Positions 25,501-40,532 of a DNA stretch of 64,000 nucleotides are shown here, piece after piece. Numbering within the stretch: position 1 is the first letter of the stretch; each line of letters begins with the position of its first letter. This stretch comes from Azolla caroliniana (Eukaryota; Plantae; Polypodiophyta): contig JBHGNT010000004.1 of NCBI GenBank assembly GCA_043228905.1, forward strand, positions 13,578,001-13,642,000, read 5' to 3'. Made by a program: the position numbers and the translations under genes. The notes under the pieces are model-generated. The model was given only the letters and a program-made list of their open reading frames with translations, was not told the origin of the DNA and ran no database searches.

Positions 25501-27643
25501 CAAAATTGATGGTCGGAGAAGGAGAGTTTGGGGATGTATCCGGCTCTAGATAGGTGCGTGATGCCGGCCTTGCTGAGGTGTCCCAGTCTTCGGTGCCATA
25601 ATGATGACACAGGAATGTCCACCAAAAACAGGTTACCCTCTCTGAGCGTAACATGTAACGGATACAGTGAGTGTATCTTGGGTCCTCTAGCAAGCAGGAG
25701 GTTCCCCCTGTGGAGTGTCCACCCTCCCGAAGAGAAACCGGCACGAATGCCGTCTTCATCTAGTTGTCCGACTGAGATCAATGGCCTTGAGAGCTCGGGT
25801 ACATGTCGGACATTGTGGAGTACAAGTGTAGAGCCACCTGCAAGGTTGAGCTCTACTGTGCCGATTCCGATGATGTCACAGTGTTGCGAGTTGCCGACCC
25901 GAACTGAGTCGGAGTGACGGATCGTATATTGCCGAAATTGGGACCGATGAGGAGTCACATGAAATGACGCGCCCGAATCCAAGAGCCATGTGCTCGATTC
26001 TTCAGTCGTGAGCAGAACTTCTGATCCGACTTGATTTTCGATTGATAGTATGTTCGGGTCGTCTGGTAGCACATCAGCTGAGAAGCTGACGTAATTGATC
26101 TCCTCATGCCGGCCACTCTTCTTGTTGTTCTTGTTCTTGAGTGCGCGGCAGTCGGCTTTGATGTGTCCGGGTTTCTTGCAGTAGTTGCAGATTCGGTTAT
26201 CCCGTGACTGGCTCCGTCTTCGCTGATTGTTCGGCGGTCGTGAGGAATCTCTTCCTCGTATGTTCGATCGGTCTGTCGAACCTTGTACTACATAAGCGTC
26301 TTCTGTTGAGTCTTTGGCGAAAGACTTTCTCCGAGCTGCTTCGGTCAGGATTGCGCTCGTGACTTCGGAGTATTTGACAGCCGTGGTTGACGCGTTGCAC
26401 ACGGTTGTGACGAAAGTCTCCCATGATGAGGGAAGGCTGCTCATGAGTATCATTGCTCTGAGTTCATCCTCGATTGCCGTCCCCTGTGACGAGATTTGGG
26501 AGCTTATGCTTTCGTACTCATTGAGGTGTGATTGGACCGAGTCGGATTCTTTCATCCGCAAGTTGTAGAGGCGCCGGATCAGAAACATCTTCGTTGCGGC
26601 GACCTTCTTTTCGTAAGTGTCCGACAGTGTTTTCCACAGTTCGAATGCTGTCGTACACGATTGCACCGTGAAATATACCGATTCCGATAGGTGCATTCGA
26701 ATTGTGGCGCGGACGATTCTGTCCAGCTTCTGCCACTCGATTGGTTTGTACCCTTCTGGAGGTTCTTCATTTTCGATGGGATCGATTTGCCCCTTGACTA
26801 TGAGATAGTCCTGCATTTGCTCCTTCTAGAAGTTGAAGTTCGATCCATCGAACTTTCGTAGACTCATTTCTGACGAGCCGGATGTTGATGCCATCAAATT
26901 TGGTTTCGGTTGACGAAGCTCGGTTCGGAGTTGACTACGAACCTTGTTGGAGTGCAGCCAGTTGGCTCACCTGATATCGTTCTAGTCGGATTTGAACCCG
27001 AGTCGGTTCGGCTTCGGAACTTGCTCGAATTGACTCCGGTAGCTTGAGGGACAGAACCGACTGGTCTTCCCGAATGTTGCCGAGTCGAAGTGAGCCCGGT
27101 TCGCTTCGGATATATATGCCGAATACCGATTATTGAAACCGATTATTTGGACCGATTCTGCTTCGGTTGACTGCAGCGACGAGAGAGACGGATCCAACTG
27201 ATCCTCTCGAATGTCGATCAGCCTGATGAAGCACGAATTTAGGGTTGTTGTCTTGAGACCGATCTGCACCGAGTGGTTGCAACGAGCGGCGTTTGGTGAC
27301 CTCTTCGAATGCCGTTTAACCGAATGGAGCACGATCGTGTCAATGTTGCACAAGGGGATTTCACCTCGAGCGGTTACGATCACAAGGAACGGAGTACAAC
27401 CTGCTGGCTTACTCCAAGCAAGATAATCTAACGCAATGAGATGCAAACCTGGTTTTTCTTCTTCTTCTCTCTTCTTCGAATGACGCAGGAAACCGAATGC
27501 AGAGACGACGGCCGACAGCGGATTGAAGGACCGACTACTGTGCAGGCTCTGATACCAGATGTTGCAAGCAATGTCGTCAATGCGGAAGATCTGAAGCACT
27601 CGATTCCTGTTTATTCCCTGTGTATGACTGTTTGTAGGTCGTT

Positions 27644-27683
<40 letters not shown>

Positions 27684-27852
27684 AAAAGAGTCTGTATTGC
27701 AAGAAGCAAATAACACAACAGCCAACCTTACAAAAAGGTTACAAGGTCACTATATATAGTGACCGACTTAGGGCAACTACCCTTTATGCTAATTACATAA
27801 ATGGCCAAAACGGGATAATGTGAATACGTCCATTATACACAGGTATTCGACA
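22396..27852 (-). mobile_element. Very young full-length Ty1/copia (Tnt1/Tork-like), element E
   Basis: LTRs 22396-22686 and 27560-27852 appear identical except one AG unit; TSD CCTAG; PBS TGGTATCAGAGC 27546-27557; PPT near 22687-22694. Confidence 0.97.
22881..26894 (-). CDS. Copia gag-pol polyprotein; 1311-aa open frame with one in-frame TAG at codon 23
   Basis: CCHC knuckle, WLLDSGAS, HHCC, DDE, YVDD and RNase H all intact; upstream ATG 26894 gives MASTSGSSEMSLRKFDGSNFNF*KEQMQD. Confidence 0.9.
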
Positions 27853-30800
27853 CCTAGGGCCTTGGTGAAGATGTCTGATGTCTGAAGATTCGTGTTGATG
27901 TGTAGAAGATCAACATCTCCGGCCTGAACACGATCTCAAATGAAGTGGTAGTACACTTTGATATGATTTGTGCGTCCGTGGAACACCGGGTTCAAGCCAA
28001 ATATATATTGCTCATGTTGTCGCAGTAAATGGGAGTCGGATCCTTGATGGGAAAAAGTCTCGATCCTTCAAAATCCTCTTGAGCCATACGACTTCACATG
28101 CAGCTACGGTTGTGCCCTTGTATTCGGCCTCCGTACTCGAAAGTGTGACGGTAGGCTACTTGTTACTATTCCAAGATATTGCTCCGCTACCGAGTGAGAA
28201 GAAAAATCGGGAGGTTGATTGTCGATCCACTCTATTGCCGGCCCACTCGGCATCCGTGCACCCTTCGAGTCGAATTGGTGTGGCCGATGCGTAGAGGATG
28301 TTGTAATCCATTCGGCCGCTCACATATCGTAATACTCACTTAGCGCAATCAAAATGGATTTCTCGCGGAGTTTGCATGATTTGGCTAAGGAAGCCGACCG
28401 GATAGTTGAGGTCAGGTCGAGTGATTGTGAGATAGATGAGGCTCCCGATCAGTTGTCGATATTGAGTCGGCTCGCACTCGTCTATGCCGGAGTCGACATC
28501 TAGTTTGAGGTTTTGATCAAGAGGGGTTGCCCCAAATTTGCACTCTATCATCCCGAACTTGTATAATAAGTTGAGAATGTAGTGCCATAGAGAGATTAGA
28601 ATGCCAGTCAGAATCCAAATTACTTCGATTCCTAGGAAGTAATGAAGCTCCATATCCATCATCTCGAATTTGTTGGAGAGGAGGGATTTCACCTTGTTGA
28701 TGTCGACCAAATGCTCACCTCCAATAACCAAATCATCCACGTATAGGATAATGACAATAAGACTTCTAGAGTCGTTTTGTACGTAGAGAGAGTTGTCGGA
28801 TTTCGACATTTTAATGCCGATTTGATGAAGATATTGCGTAATCTTCGAATGCCAAGCACGCGGTGCTTGCTTGAGGCCGTAGAGTGGCTTCTTGAGTTGG
28901 CACATAGCTTTTGGATGAGTACGTGATTTGAAACCGGGTGTTTGTACCATGTATACCTCCTCTTCTAATTTGCCTTGAAGAAAGGCATTCTTACCTCCAT
29001 TTGATGGAGGTGCCACCCTTTTGCTGCTTTGAGTGCAATTACGGTCCACACCGTCGACATCTTTGCCATGGGGGAAAATGTCTCTTTGTAGTCGACTCCA
29101 TGTGTTTGTGTGTATCCTTTCGCTATGAGTTGAGCTTTGTAGCGGTTTATGGAGCCATCAACCTTATACTTCACCTTGTAGATCCATCTACAACCAATCG
29201 CCTTCTTATGCGGTGATTGGGGAACGAAATCCCATGTTTCGTTCTTGCAAAGTGCTCGCATCTCTTCGTTCATTGCTTCGACCCATCGTGGGTCCTTCAA
29301 GGCTTCGGAAAAGGTTTCCGGCTCCTGTACTGTCGCTACCTTCATCATAAAGGCGTAATGGTACGCCATATAATTGTTGTAGCCAAATCGGCAGAGCTTC
29401 TCGTTTGCAGTTACTAAGGCTTTCTTCACTCCATTTGTCCGGATGTCAAGGCCATCAAACTCACTATCGAGGGAGTAAGTTGATTCGTTACCGTCGAAGT
29501 GATCTTCTTCATACTCCAGTGTTTTCGCCTTCCCTTTGTCCAGCTTCGGACTCGGCCGAGATGTGCTTTGATCGATCGGAGGCTCTTGTGGTTCACTAAG
29601 CCATGTCGTAATCGGGCTTTCTTTGAACATGTGTGTGAGGCAATCTTCAGCTTCAATCTATATTTCGGCGGATGAATCCGCTCGACCTGGAATCCGCCGA
29701 GCACTTGTACCCCTTTTGCTCCAGAGAGTATCCTACGAGCATACATTTCTCTGACTTCGGGTCTAGCTTTTGTCGCTTCTTGTTGCGGATGTGCACGTAC
29801 ACAATGGAGTCGATTATCCGAACATGTGATAGGTGCGGAGTAAGTTCGTGCACAACTGATGTCGTACACCGATTCATGAGGTTTACGGCCATGTTAGCCA
29901 CATCTACCTAGTACCACTTCGGCACGTGCTTTCAGTCATCATGCCCCATGCTACTTCAAGGATGTGTTGATTCTTTCATTCCGCCACCCCGTTTTGTTGT
30001 GGCGTATCTTGGCACGAAAACTCTCGATTCCTTATTTCCGTAGATGCACCGTAAATTCATCGAAGAATTACTCCTTGCCTCCATCTGACCGAAGACATCG
30101 TACATGTCGGCCCATGGCTTTACCAACTTCAATCTTAAAGTTTTGGAAGTGTCTGAACACTTCACTCTTTTGCCGCATGGGGTAGATCCAAGTGTGCTTG
30201 GAGAAGTCGTCGAGGAAGGCCACGTAGTATCGGCAGCCGCCGAATGTAGCCGTTTGAGCCGAACCCCATACATCAGAATGAATTACGTCAAGTATGCTTT
30301 TACTCACATTCTGCTCCTTCAGAAATGGATGCCAATGATGCTTTCTGAATTGGCAAGCGGCACACACGCCTTCAATCTCTTTCTCCGTGAATTTCGGGAG
30401 CCCGATGACAACTCCTTTCGATTGCAATACCTTGAACTTTTGGAGGTTGATATGCCCAATCCGCTTGTGCCATAACTCTACAACGGAATCGGCTTTTGTG
30501 CCCTTTGCGAACATGGCTGATTTCATCTCGTGCGAGTCGACAATGGACATCCGGTCCTATCTTCATCTGCAAGCGATCAATCGGCCCTCTTTTTTGATGA
30601 AGCAACCGCCTTGATTAAATCGTACTTGCCGACAGAGACCAAATTCTACGTAATGGTTGGTACATGCAAGGCATTCTTAATAAAAGTTTGGTAACCTTCT
30701 TTGCCGGATGGGACATTGCCAATGTGTCGAATCGGATGTGTAGTGTCGTCTTCGGTTTCGACATAACTAGGTTGTCCGGCTCTCGAAGTTCTCGGAACCA

Positions 30801-32363
30801 TTCTTGATGAGATGTCATATGGTTCGAGACACAATAGTCAACGAACCATACGTCTTCCGGACCGGAGGCAGTAGTTGAAGTAGAAGCCGACATAGAATTT
30901 GCTCTATGTCTCATCACGAACATTCCGCCACGATCGTCATAGTCGGAGTTGCTGGCGTAATTGGTGAGTTGTCGGCTAGTGGAAGCCGACTCACGTATCT
31001 TCTTACGACACTCTTCTTCGTGGTGACCGATTTTTCTGCAATATCCGCATTCGACAGAGTTTTGTCGGCTTGGACCGTAATGGAAGCTCCCCCTTCTTCC
31101 GAAGTTTCCTCTATGGCTTCCGTCTTGATGCCAAAATTACAAGTTGTTTTCATAAGTAGAACCTTGTCCACCTCGTACTTGGCCAAATCGGCCTCTTGCT
31201 CGGTCGCAACCTCTTCCTCCATTCGAATGCGTGTAGAACATGTGGCCGTCCGAGGCGTTGCTCTTTGTTCGCACATGGTTTTCTGTGACCAACAACATGG
31301 ACTGAAGATCGAAGAAGGAGGGCGGGTTCTCCCGTGCTAGTAAAGCGGTCCTCATTGCATCGAACCGTGGTGCAAGGCCGCTAAGGCATATTTGCACCAT
31401 CTCATCACCGTCCACATTGACACTTATCGAGCCGAGCGAGTCGCAAAGTTCCTTGATCTTCAAGGTGTAGCTCGTGATGGACATATCCCTTTGTTGGATT
31501 TTGTTCAACTCTTGACGGTGTTGAAGCTTTCTCGCGGTTGTGTTGCCAGTGGAAATCTTTCGTAGATTCTCCCATGCTTCCTTTGGCGTCTCGGCTTCTT
31601 GAATGTAACCGAGCCTGTGGTCGTGAACACATGTCGCCAAGTAATACATCACTCGGCTTCACGCTCACTCCTATGTTTCGTACTCGGCGTCTACTCCCTT
31701 CATGTAACCCCAATAACCCCATTTGAGTATTCATTGTCGATTAAGCTTCCTTTTTTCTTTTTCTTCTCTCTTGAACACGAGCTATGTAGTGGTACTATGA
31801 TAGTGATGAGCTGGTTCTTCTTGAACATTGGCGTAGGGCATTACACACGATCACGATGAGGCAAGTGGGCTAGATCGAGCTACCAAATCGTTCTGATACC
31901 AAGTAAAGAATCGATGGTGATTGTTGTGCAGCGGAATAGATGTGCGTTATGTGCGTATATGTGTGAGAGAAAAAGAGAGGAGAGAAAATAGAACTCAAGA
32001 TAGATAAATGAGAGGAAAATAGAATACTCAAGAAGAAGGTGTATATTTCACAAGTAGAATAAGATTTACAAAATGTAGCATAACAAGGAGTCACAAAATG
32101 TAGTATGAAGTATGAGGAGGGTACTTTATATATAGTCACCCTCTCTCTTCATTAACTAACTATAACAACCACTCTCGCTTCGGAATGTGAAGAATCATAG
32201 TCATGGGGAATATGTAACTCATTAGTTATGTGTAATGGAATATGATTCTATGACACATAGTTAATGTGTAGAGAGTAGTGGTGTGACTCTTGAATTTTGA
32301 GTACTCATAGATTCTCAAAAGGTGTGTTCACATGTTACACTATGTTGAGCTTGATTCTCAACA

Positions 32364-35300
32364 AAGAGGTTTCAAAACAAAATGCACTTTAGCCTTCATT
32401 GTCCATGGAAACAATGGCAAATAATGTAATATCAGGGGGTTACATAATACATTGTATGACCTTCAAGCGTTCATGAAATGGTCAAGATTGTGACTTCCAA
32501 TACATGAACTTATCCCTCAACTTACCAGACATGTCCAATCAAACAATTGACCATTTGTAACATTCATTCCTATTGGATAACCCATGTGTCGAAAAATAGA
32601 CTGCCTTTCTTCACCACAGATCCTTGTTATCCTAACCATTCTAAATCCCTTTTAGTACACGATATGAGACTAGAATTCCTCCAATTAATATGTAATCCGG
32701 AAGCAAATGCAAATTGGTCCCATAAAAGTCTCAAGATTCTCTCGTGAAGCTTGTAAAAACATGAAGGAATTATCAACCAAAGCTTGTGCTACTGGTTGCC
32801 CTCCAAACAGAAGGTGTAGACCCACAATGTCAGCATTTGTTGCAAGCCTTGATAGCATCACTAACAAGGGAAGGGTAACAATAGCAAACAACAATGGGCT
32901 AAGAGGCCATCCTTGACGAACGGATCTTGTGAGGGCAATATTTGATGTAACTCCCCCATTAAGCATTACTCGAGACACCGCATCTTGTCCTAGTAAAAAT
33001 ATAAGGCGAGACATATGAGGTCCAAAGCCCATTGTATGCATTAACCTAGAAACAAAGGACCAATTAATATGATCATAAGTTTTCTCCAAATCTAATTGCA
33101 CCATAATCAATTGTTGATGAGTTTTCGAGCATAATCATGGCCATTTGAACATTCAATACATTATGCAATATATTCCTACCTGCAATAAAACCATATTGGG
33201 CGAGATGTATAAATTTTGGCAAATACTGTTGTAATCTATCTGTCAAGACCTTTGTTAATATCTTATACAACCCCCCATCAAAGAAATAGGTCTCCATTAA
33301 TGAAATGACTTGGGAGATGCCACCTTTGCAACTAATTTAATTAGACCAACCTTCGAAGCTTGAGGCATACAACCAGAATCCCAAGAATGTTGAAACATCA
33401 AAGTTAAGGGCCCCTTTAAAATGTTCGAATATCACTTAAAAACATCATTTCTCAAGCCATCCCAACCAGGGCTCTTACCACTAGGAAGATGCCTTATAAC
33501 CGTGTCCACCTCATCCTCATTGAAATTTGCATCCAATTCATGACTAATGAGGTCATGCACAATACATCCAACCACATCATAAAACTCATGACGTGCTCTA
33601 CTCACTTCATTTGTCATTAACAATTGTGGGCCAATCAATTCCTTAAATTAATGAACACATATATGTCAATTATTGTAGTAGGATCCACTATCAATTCATC
33701 CCCTTGCTTCACATGTACCACATTAGATCAAGCATAAATAGGATATAACGCTTGGAAAAACGAATGAGATCGAGCCCATCCCTCGATTGCCACATCTTTG
33801 TACAACGATAAAATTAGCATTGCAATGGAGAAATAATAACCTACAATTGACTTTTGGATATCCAAAAGCTCATCATCAAATGGTGCATGTATCAATAATG
33901 CATTACACCTAGAGAGAACTTATGAGAATTGGTAAAGAAGACCTCTTCTTCATCGAGCATTAGTTACTCCATAAATACGGTGAATGGTCTTAATGTTTCG
34001 TAACGTGGTATCACATGCTTCAACTCCTTTAAGGTTCACTTCTTGTGAAAAATTTACGAGAATTTGCTTCATGAGAGAATCAAAGCGAGGTTGAAGCAAA
34101 AGAGAAGAGTTAAAGCGTAATGGAGGCTTTCCAAGTAAGGATTTATATATGTCAAATGCATGACTACAAACCTCCAAACAAATATGAAATTGATCTAAAA
34201 ATTCATACATCTTGTAGAAATGTCATACGAAGTGATGACCGTAAAAAAGAATCATCGTGTATCACATACATTCTATCTAACCAACTCCATGTTTGTCTAT
34301 GCTGAGCAAATTGGGAAGTAAAACCTGGATCATTCCCATGCAACCATGTCCAAACATCCAACTTCAGAACCTCCATAGCTAATGAATCCATGATTGAATG
34401 TTCACGCATAGATTGAGATGCATCAACACACATGTTAAAATCACCCATAAGTAATCTTGGATGGCCCACACACAAGGTTTGAAGGAGTGAGCCCCATAAT
34501 GCATTATGTTGAGTGGCTTGGTTAGGGGCATAAATCCAAACCTCCCACACAACCTTGCCAAAAAACATGATTTCTAGAACCAAAAACCAACCATAAGGAT
34601 CATTATGCACCCGTTGAGGATAATATTTATCCCACACGATTAATACCACACCTGAATAATGATTATTAAGATGCATTGCATAGAATGATGAATATCCACA
34701 CAAATGAACTGTGGATCCTGGTAATTCATGACACTTATGCCCAACTGCACATAATATATCCCATTCTATACTTAACAAAGTTTCCCATAATATATGCTTC
34801 TTATGAGGAGAACATGCCCCTCTCACATTCCATGTTACCACTTTCATTCAACCAACAATGTTATGGGTGCACTTGCACCATTAGAGCAATCGATGTCATG
34901 AAACTAGTCAAAGCATGTTCCAATGTTGCATATGGATTCTCATTCACCACATCCTTATAGTAGTCTATCAAAATCTTTTGTTTAGGTCTTCCTACATGAT
35001 GAAAACCTCGAGAATTCGATAAATTTACAACCCATCCCAATGAATCACATTGAAGGTGAAGGGGTAATCCCCTTATGCCTAAATTGTCGTTGCCAACGAA
35101 ATTTTCAAGGATCCTCCCTAGTTCCTGAATTACCTTGCCAAGTAGTCTCACCAGTAGTGGGCAAACTATTACATTGCATATTCATTGATTTCCCCTTCGA
35201 CTTGCCCTTAACCTAATGTCAATCTTTGTCAACAACAACATCATTATCTTTGTCCCCTTATTTATAACCACTAACTTTTGTTTTTCCATATAGACTAATT

Positions 35301-36075
35301 GAGTTCCCTTATTCTTAGGGCCCAAACCTTGATGCGAGACCTCTTTATAACATGTTCTAGATGATGTTCCTTAATCAATAACAACCACAATATCTGACAC
35401 ACCAATATCCTTAACACTCCTTTCATTAGGAACCTCTACAATTGAAGGACAATGACAATGGCATTCTGCCATAAAGTGACCCCATTCACCATATCCAAAA
35501 CAATGACCTACAAATGCCTCCCACCTCAATATAAAACAAAGTCTTTTTTATACTAGGTGTGTACACACCCATCCAGGCCTCTTATGACTTGTATCCCATA
35601 ACACACGAAATCTACACTTATTTGTAGCATTTGTATGTGGAGGTACCAACACTTTACCCATTTGACTCATCAACTCTAGTAAAAGTGGCCATAAAAGAGG
35701 TTGCTTACAATCCACCATTACCAAGACAAGGCATTCCCATTTTAACAAAACATGATAGTCCAATACGGGGGACCATTACATTACATGCACCAATTGTTTA
35801 TCAAGAAACACAGGAACTTTAGCCAACAATGCACTTCCATGTTCCGGTGAACAAAATATTACATCATACTACACAAAATACTACGATTGTGTTCAACCAT
35901 TGTTTAATCCAATTAATGTATGCGAGTTTCCCGGTAAAAAATAATATCATAGCACGATCATAGAGTATGTTTTAAAGTTTGCATCATTGCTTTAGCATCA
36001 ACTTCCGCATCATGCACATCCTCATCAATGCCTTCTTTCGCTTTATTTTCGTTTTCTTCCACAATATCAGACATT
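32364..36075 (-). mobile_element. L1-type LINE, copy 2, degenerate (ORF1 remnant, APE endonuclease, RT)
   Basis: MKVVTWNVRG, GDFN and LDR endonuclease motifs 34203-34847; RT fragments 32685-33638; ORF1 zinc-knuckle region about 35400-36075. Confidence 0.88.
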
Positions 36076-36127
36076 TTTTGTTAACCGTTCGGTTGTAGCA
36101 AGGAGTGCGATCGACATTGCGATATGG

Positions 36128-39100
36128 TGTCATAGATAGGATGCCACATGGAATGGTGGGGATTGAACCCGTGACCTTCTGGTCTTATTGGGCAACCTTA
36201 CTAGTTGAGCTACATCCATCTATGCATTATTGTATTCTATAAGATTCAACTTATTTCATTATATATTGATCACTAGAACTTTTAAGAACCTTCTAGAGAA
36301 TGCATCTTCATGCACTCTCTAGAAGTCTTCTAGCTTTCATGCATGCCTCCACATTCTTGTATAAATACTAGGGTGCACCTTGATTACAATCAAGGTGAAC
36401 AACACCAGTTACGAAAGCATAATTTAGTTCTTGTTCATTTTTCTAATTTCTCTCTCTCTTGCTTGTTCTCTTGTCTATGCTCTCGCTCCTGTTATCTCTT
36501 AATATTGAGCCTCATCTACTTGTCCGTGAAAATCGTGTGATCTTGCTTATGCTCTCGCTCTCTCTTAGTACTTAGCTCATTCCACCCTTTCATGACAGTT
36601 TGTTCACCTTCCCATTTTCTAAGCCTTAGCATGTCGGATCTTACCAAGAGAATAAATCAGCTCATGGAAGCCATGCATCAACTTCAACTTGAGAATGACA
36701 ACCTTCGGGAATCGTTACAGAAGCTTCAAGTTACTACTCAACTTTCTAGAGCCTACGTCATTGTCACAAGCCATCATGCAAGCAGTTAGTTGTGACAATC
36801 GGTTGTTTGAGCTTCGTCAAGAGGAACGAGAAACTTCAAGGTGGAAAACCTCTTCGAAATCTTCTCCATCGTCATTGTACGATGACCCCATGCCGATGGA
36901 AATTGATCAAGCTCGTGCTCTGCCACTCACCGAGGCTGAACGGAGGTATCGCCGAACCAACGGACTATGTTTATATTGTGGTGCATCCACCCATCTAATT
37001 CGCTTTTGCCCAATCAAGAATAATCAACGACAAATATCTACAAACAAAACGACAAGATGGCCCCAACAACCGGAAAATGATAGTGTCCAACTACAATAGG
37101 AGCCATGTGGTTGGACAATCCACATTCATGTCACTCCCATAGTTCGGCTACATCGAGAGAAGATTTCTCCTCTCCAGTAAGCATCCATTTCAAGTTGATT
37201 TCAATTAGGTCCTTAGCACTTCTCGATTCTAGGGCAAGAACATGTTTTATGGACGAAAGGTTCGTTCATAAACACAAATTTCCGGTTTTCCGATTGTCCA
37301 AGCCAATCCCAATGGAAGCTATTGATGGACACATGCTTTCTTCAGGAGTAGTCACCGAAGCCATTGTCCCACTTATCTTATAGATCGGGGACCACCAGGA
37401 GGCCTTAATGTTTTATATTATCACTTCACCTCCACATCCGGTCATCCTTGGTTTGTCTTGGCTGAAGGCACAGAATCCACTTGTTGATTGGCGCAATCAC
37501 TCAATTACTTTCTCCCAAACCAGCTCGAAGGTGCAAACAGTATCTCATGTTGCAGCAAGCACTCACTCTCCCATTAAAGAAGGAATTAGGTCCAAGGTGA
37601 ATGCTGACATCCCAATCACAACAAGGAAAATAGTGCATAGTGCCTCAAAGTCGCACAATCCAATGAGGACAGCTACTGACTCACTACCGTCCAAGAATGA
37701 AGACTTCGAGGACGTGTTTGAGAAAAAGAATGTTGATAACTTGCCTGAGCATCGAGGCTACGACTGTCTGATCGATCTGCAAGAAGGTGCTAGTCCTCCT
37801 TTGGCCCAATTTATGGGTTGTCGGACAAGAACTCCAGGCACCTCTGTAGAGTTTCTTGGGTATGTCATTTCAACACAGGGAATCACAATGAACACACGGA
37901 AAGTCAAGACTATCCAAGAGTGGGCTGCCCCAACGCGGGTACGAGATGTGCAATCATTCCTTGGTTTTGCTAGTTTTTATCGTCACTTCATCAAAGGATT
38001 CTCAGTGATTGCACAACCTCTCATTGCTCTTACCCTCAAGGATGTTACTCTTTGAATGGACAACAGTTGCATAAAACGCGTTTGACTTGCTGAAACAAGC
38101 CTTTACTATATGGCACCAATCCTCTTACATCTTGACCCAACTAAACCTTTTCAAGTGAAAACGGATGCTTCCGATTTCACCATTGGGGCGATCCTCTCCT
38201 AGCCAGATGAGGTCGGTGTGCTTCACCCGGTGGCTTACTACTCCCGCAAATTCACAGCCCTAGAAATCAACTACCCCATATACGACAAGGAGCTTCTCGC
38301 TATTATTGCTTCTTTTGAAGAATGGAGACCCTATTTAGCCGGGGCCCAACACCGTATCCAAGTGATTACCGATCACAAAAATCTAATATACTTTTCTACC
38401 ACATGACCCTTAAATCGTAGACATACACGATGGTCAACCTTCTTGGCGAACTATGATTTTGAGATAATATTTCGACCCGACGCTCAACACACGACGGCTG
38501 ATGTCTTATCCCATTGGTCTGAGTTCGAGGACACTCTGGAGGATGAAGCCTATGTTCAGTAGTCATAGAGTTTGTTAAAATGTGACCAATTCTAGAACTT
38601 CGTGACTTGCTTGCTCCGAGATGACTCTTTGCTCAAGCAAATAGCAAAAGTCACCACGACTGACAAGTTCGCCACAAAGGTCAAGGCAAGTATCACAAAC
38701 CCCTCCCACGAACCCAAAAGGCCTGATTTAGCTCGTTTTACAATTCAAGATAATCTTTTGTTTCGAGATAATCTGTTGTATGTCCTAGAAGGTCCTTGTC
38801 CGACCAGGGTGCTTCGCGAGTGTCACGATGATCCACTTGTTGGTCATTTAAATTGGCATTGTGAAAACCTTGGAGTTGATATCTCGGGGGTATTGGTGGC
38901 CACAGTCATGGAAATTGGTGAAGGAGTTCGTTAAATCATGTCATGTTTGTGCTCACTCTAAAGCATTTCATCATCTACCATATGGTCTCCTTCACCCTCT
39001 CCCAATCCCCAAACGGCCTTGGGCCTCTCTTTCCATGGATTTCATCACATACCTTCCTTTTGTTGGTGGCTATGACTCGGTATTCTTCATGGTCGATCGC

Positions 39101-40532
39101 TTCACCAAGATGACTCATTTTGCTCTATGTCCAAAAACCATTACCAGAGAGGAGACAACCGATTTGTTTTCCAAAAATGTGATTCGACTACATGGACTCC
39201 CAGACAATATCACTTCTGATCGAGGACCGCAATTTGTTTCCAATTTCTGGCTGAGCCTTCTAAAAACCTTCGGTTGTACTATGAATCTGCTTCCTCCTAT
39301 CATCCGCAAACCGATGGACAAATGGAGTGGGTTAACCAAATCGTGGTAAAATACTTGCGGTGCTCTCTTAGCTACCAACAAGACAACTGGGTTGACCTTC
39401 TCCCACTTGTCGAGTTCACCTACAACAACTCTCTGCATGCATCTACAGGAGTTATTGCATTTTTCGCAAACTACGGTCTCCACCCCCACTTCAACATTTC
39501 GCTTCCATCAAACTCTGTCAATCCTTCGGTGGAAGACCAAGCTCATCTCTTGGAGGATGTACATTGTGATCTTTCCTTGGAGCTCACCCTCTCTGGTGAA
39601 CGCTACAAGGAGGAAGCTGACCGACTTCACTTAGATGCTCCCCGGTTCAAGGTAGGGGACTTTGTTTGGCTTCTCCGTCGCAATATTGCCACCAGTCGTC
39701 CTTGTCCGAAACTTGATTACAAAAAGTTAGGCCCTTTCCGAATCATCGAGAAAATTGGTTCCATGGTTGTCCGCTTAGAGCTACCATCCCACTTCCGTAT
39801 TAATAATGTACTCTATGTCTCCCTTCTGGAACCTCACCATATATCTGAAAACCCCGGTTGACACCCGTCTCCTCCACCACCAATCCAGCTCTCAACCGGA
39901 GAAGAATATGAGGTCGATCAAATTCTCGACTCTCGTCTCTTCCATCACTAGGTTCAATACCTTGTCCTTTGGAAAGGGTACCCGATCTCCGAAGCAACGT
40001 GGGAGCTAGCACACCATCTCAAGCATGCCCCAGACATAGTTCAAACATTTCATCAATGCTATCCACAGAAACTGGCCGCGGATCCTAGGAGGTGGCCTTA
40101 GAGGAGGATAACGTCATAGACAGGATGCTACATGGAATGGTGGGGGTTGAACCCATGACCTTCTGGTCTTATTGGGAAACCTTACCAATTGAGCCACATC
40201 CATCTATGCGTTATTGTATTGTATAAGATTCAACTTATTTCATTATAGATTGATCACTAGAACTTTCAAGAACCTTCTAGAGAATGCATCTTCATGCACT
40301 CTCGAAAAGTTTCCATGCACTCTGTAGAAGTCTTCTAGCTTTCATGCAGACCTTCACATTCTTGTATAAATACTGGGGTGCACCTTGATTACAATCAAGG
40401 TGAACAACACCAGTTACAAAAGCATAATTCAGTTTTTGTTCATTTTTCTATTTTCTCTTTGTCTGGCTTGTTCTCTTGTCTATGCTCTCTCTCCCGTTAT
40501 CTCTTGATATTGAGCCTCGTCTACTTGTCCGT
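36128..40532 (+). mobile_element. Gypsy chromovirus related to family B (element F), with gag and RT deletions and truncated 3' LTR
   Basis: 5' LTR 36128-36597, PBS GTTTGTTCACCTT from 36598, PPT 40100-40111, 3' LTR from 40112, chromodomain about 39900-40070. Confidence 0.9.
36148..36220 (-). promoter_or_regulatory. tRNA-like Pol III cassette in element F LTR (second copy about 40131-40205)
   Basis: Minus strand TAGCTCAACTAGTAAGG...AGGTCACGGGTTCAATCCC. Confidence 0.7.

Larger units (their letters stand above)
21720..32363 (-). mobile_element. Ty1/copia copy D, degenerate, hosting nested copia E
   Basis: 5' LTR 31902-32363, PBS 31889-31901, gag 31137-31652, INT 29650-30550, RT (LYGLKQAPRAW, YVDDL) 28336-29630, RNase H split at 22395/27853. 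Confidence 0.9.

Noticed and set aside
26982-27725. 247-aa upstream ORF in copia E
   Set aside because: Non-ATG start inside the LTR microsatellite, spans the PBS, no motif; likely chance
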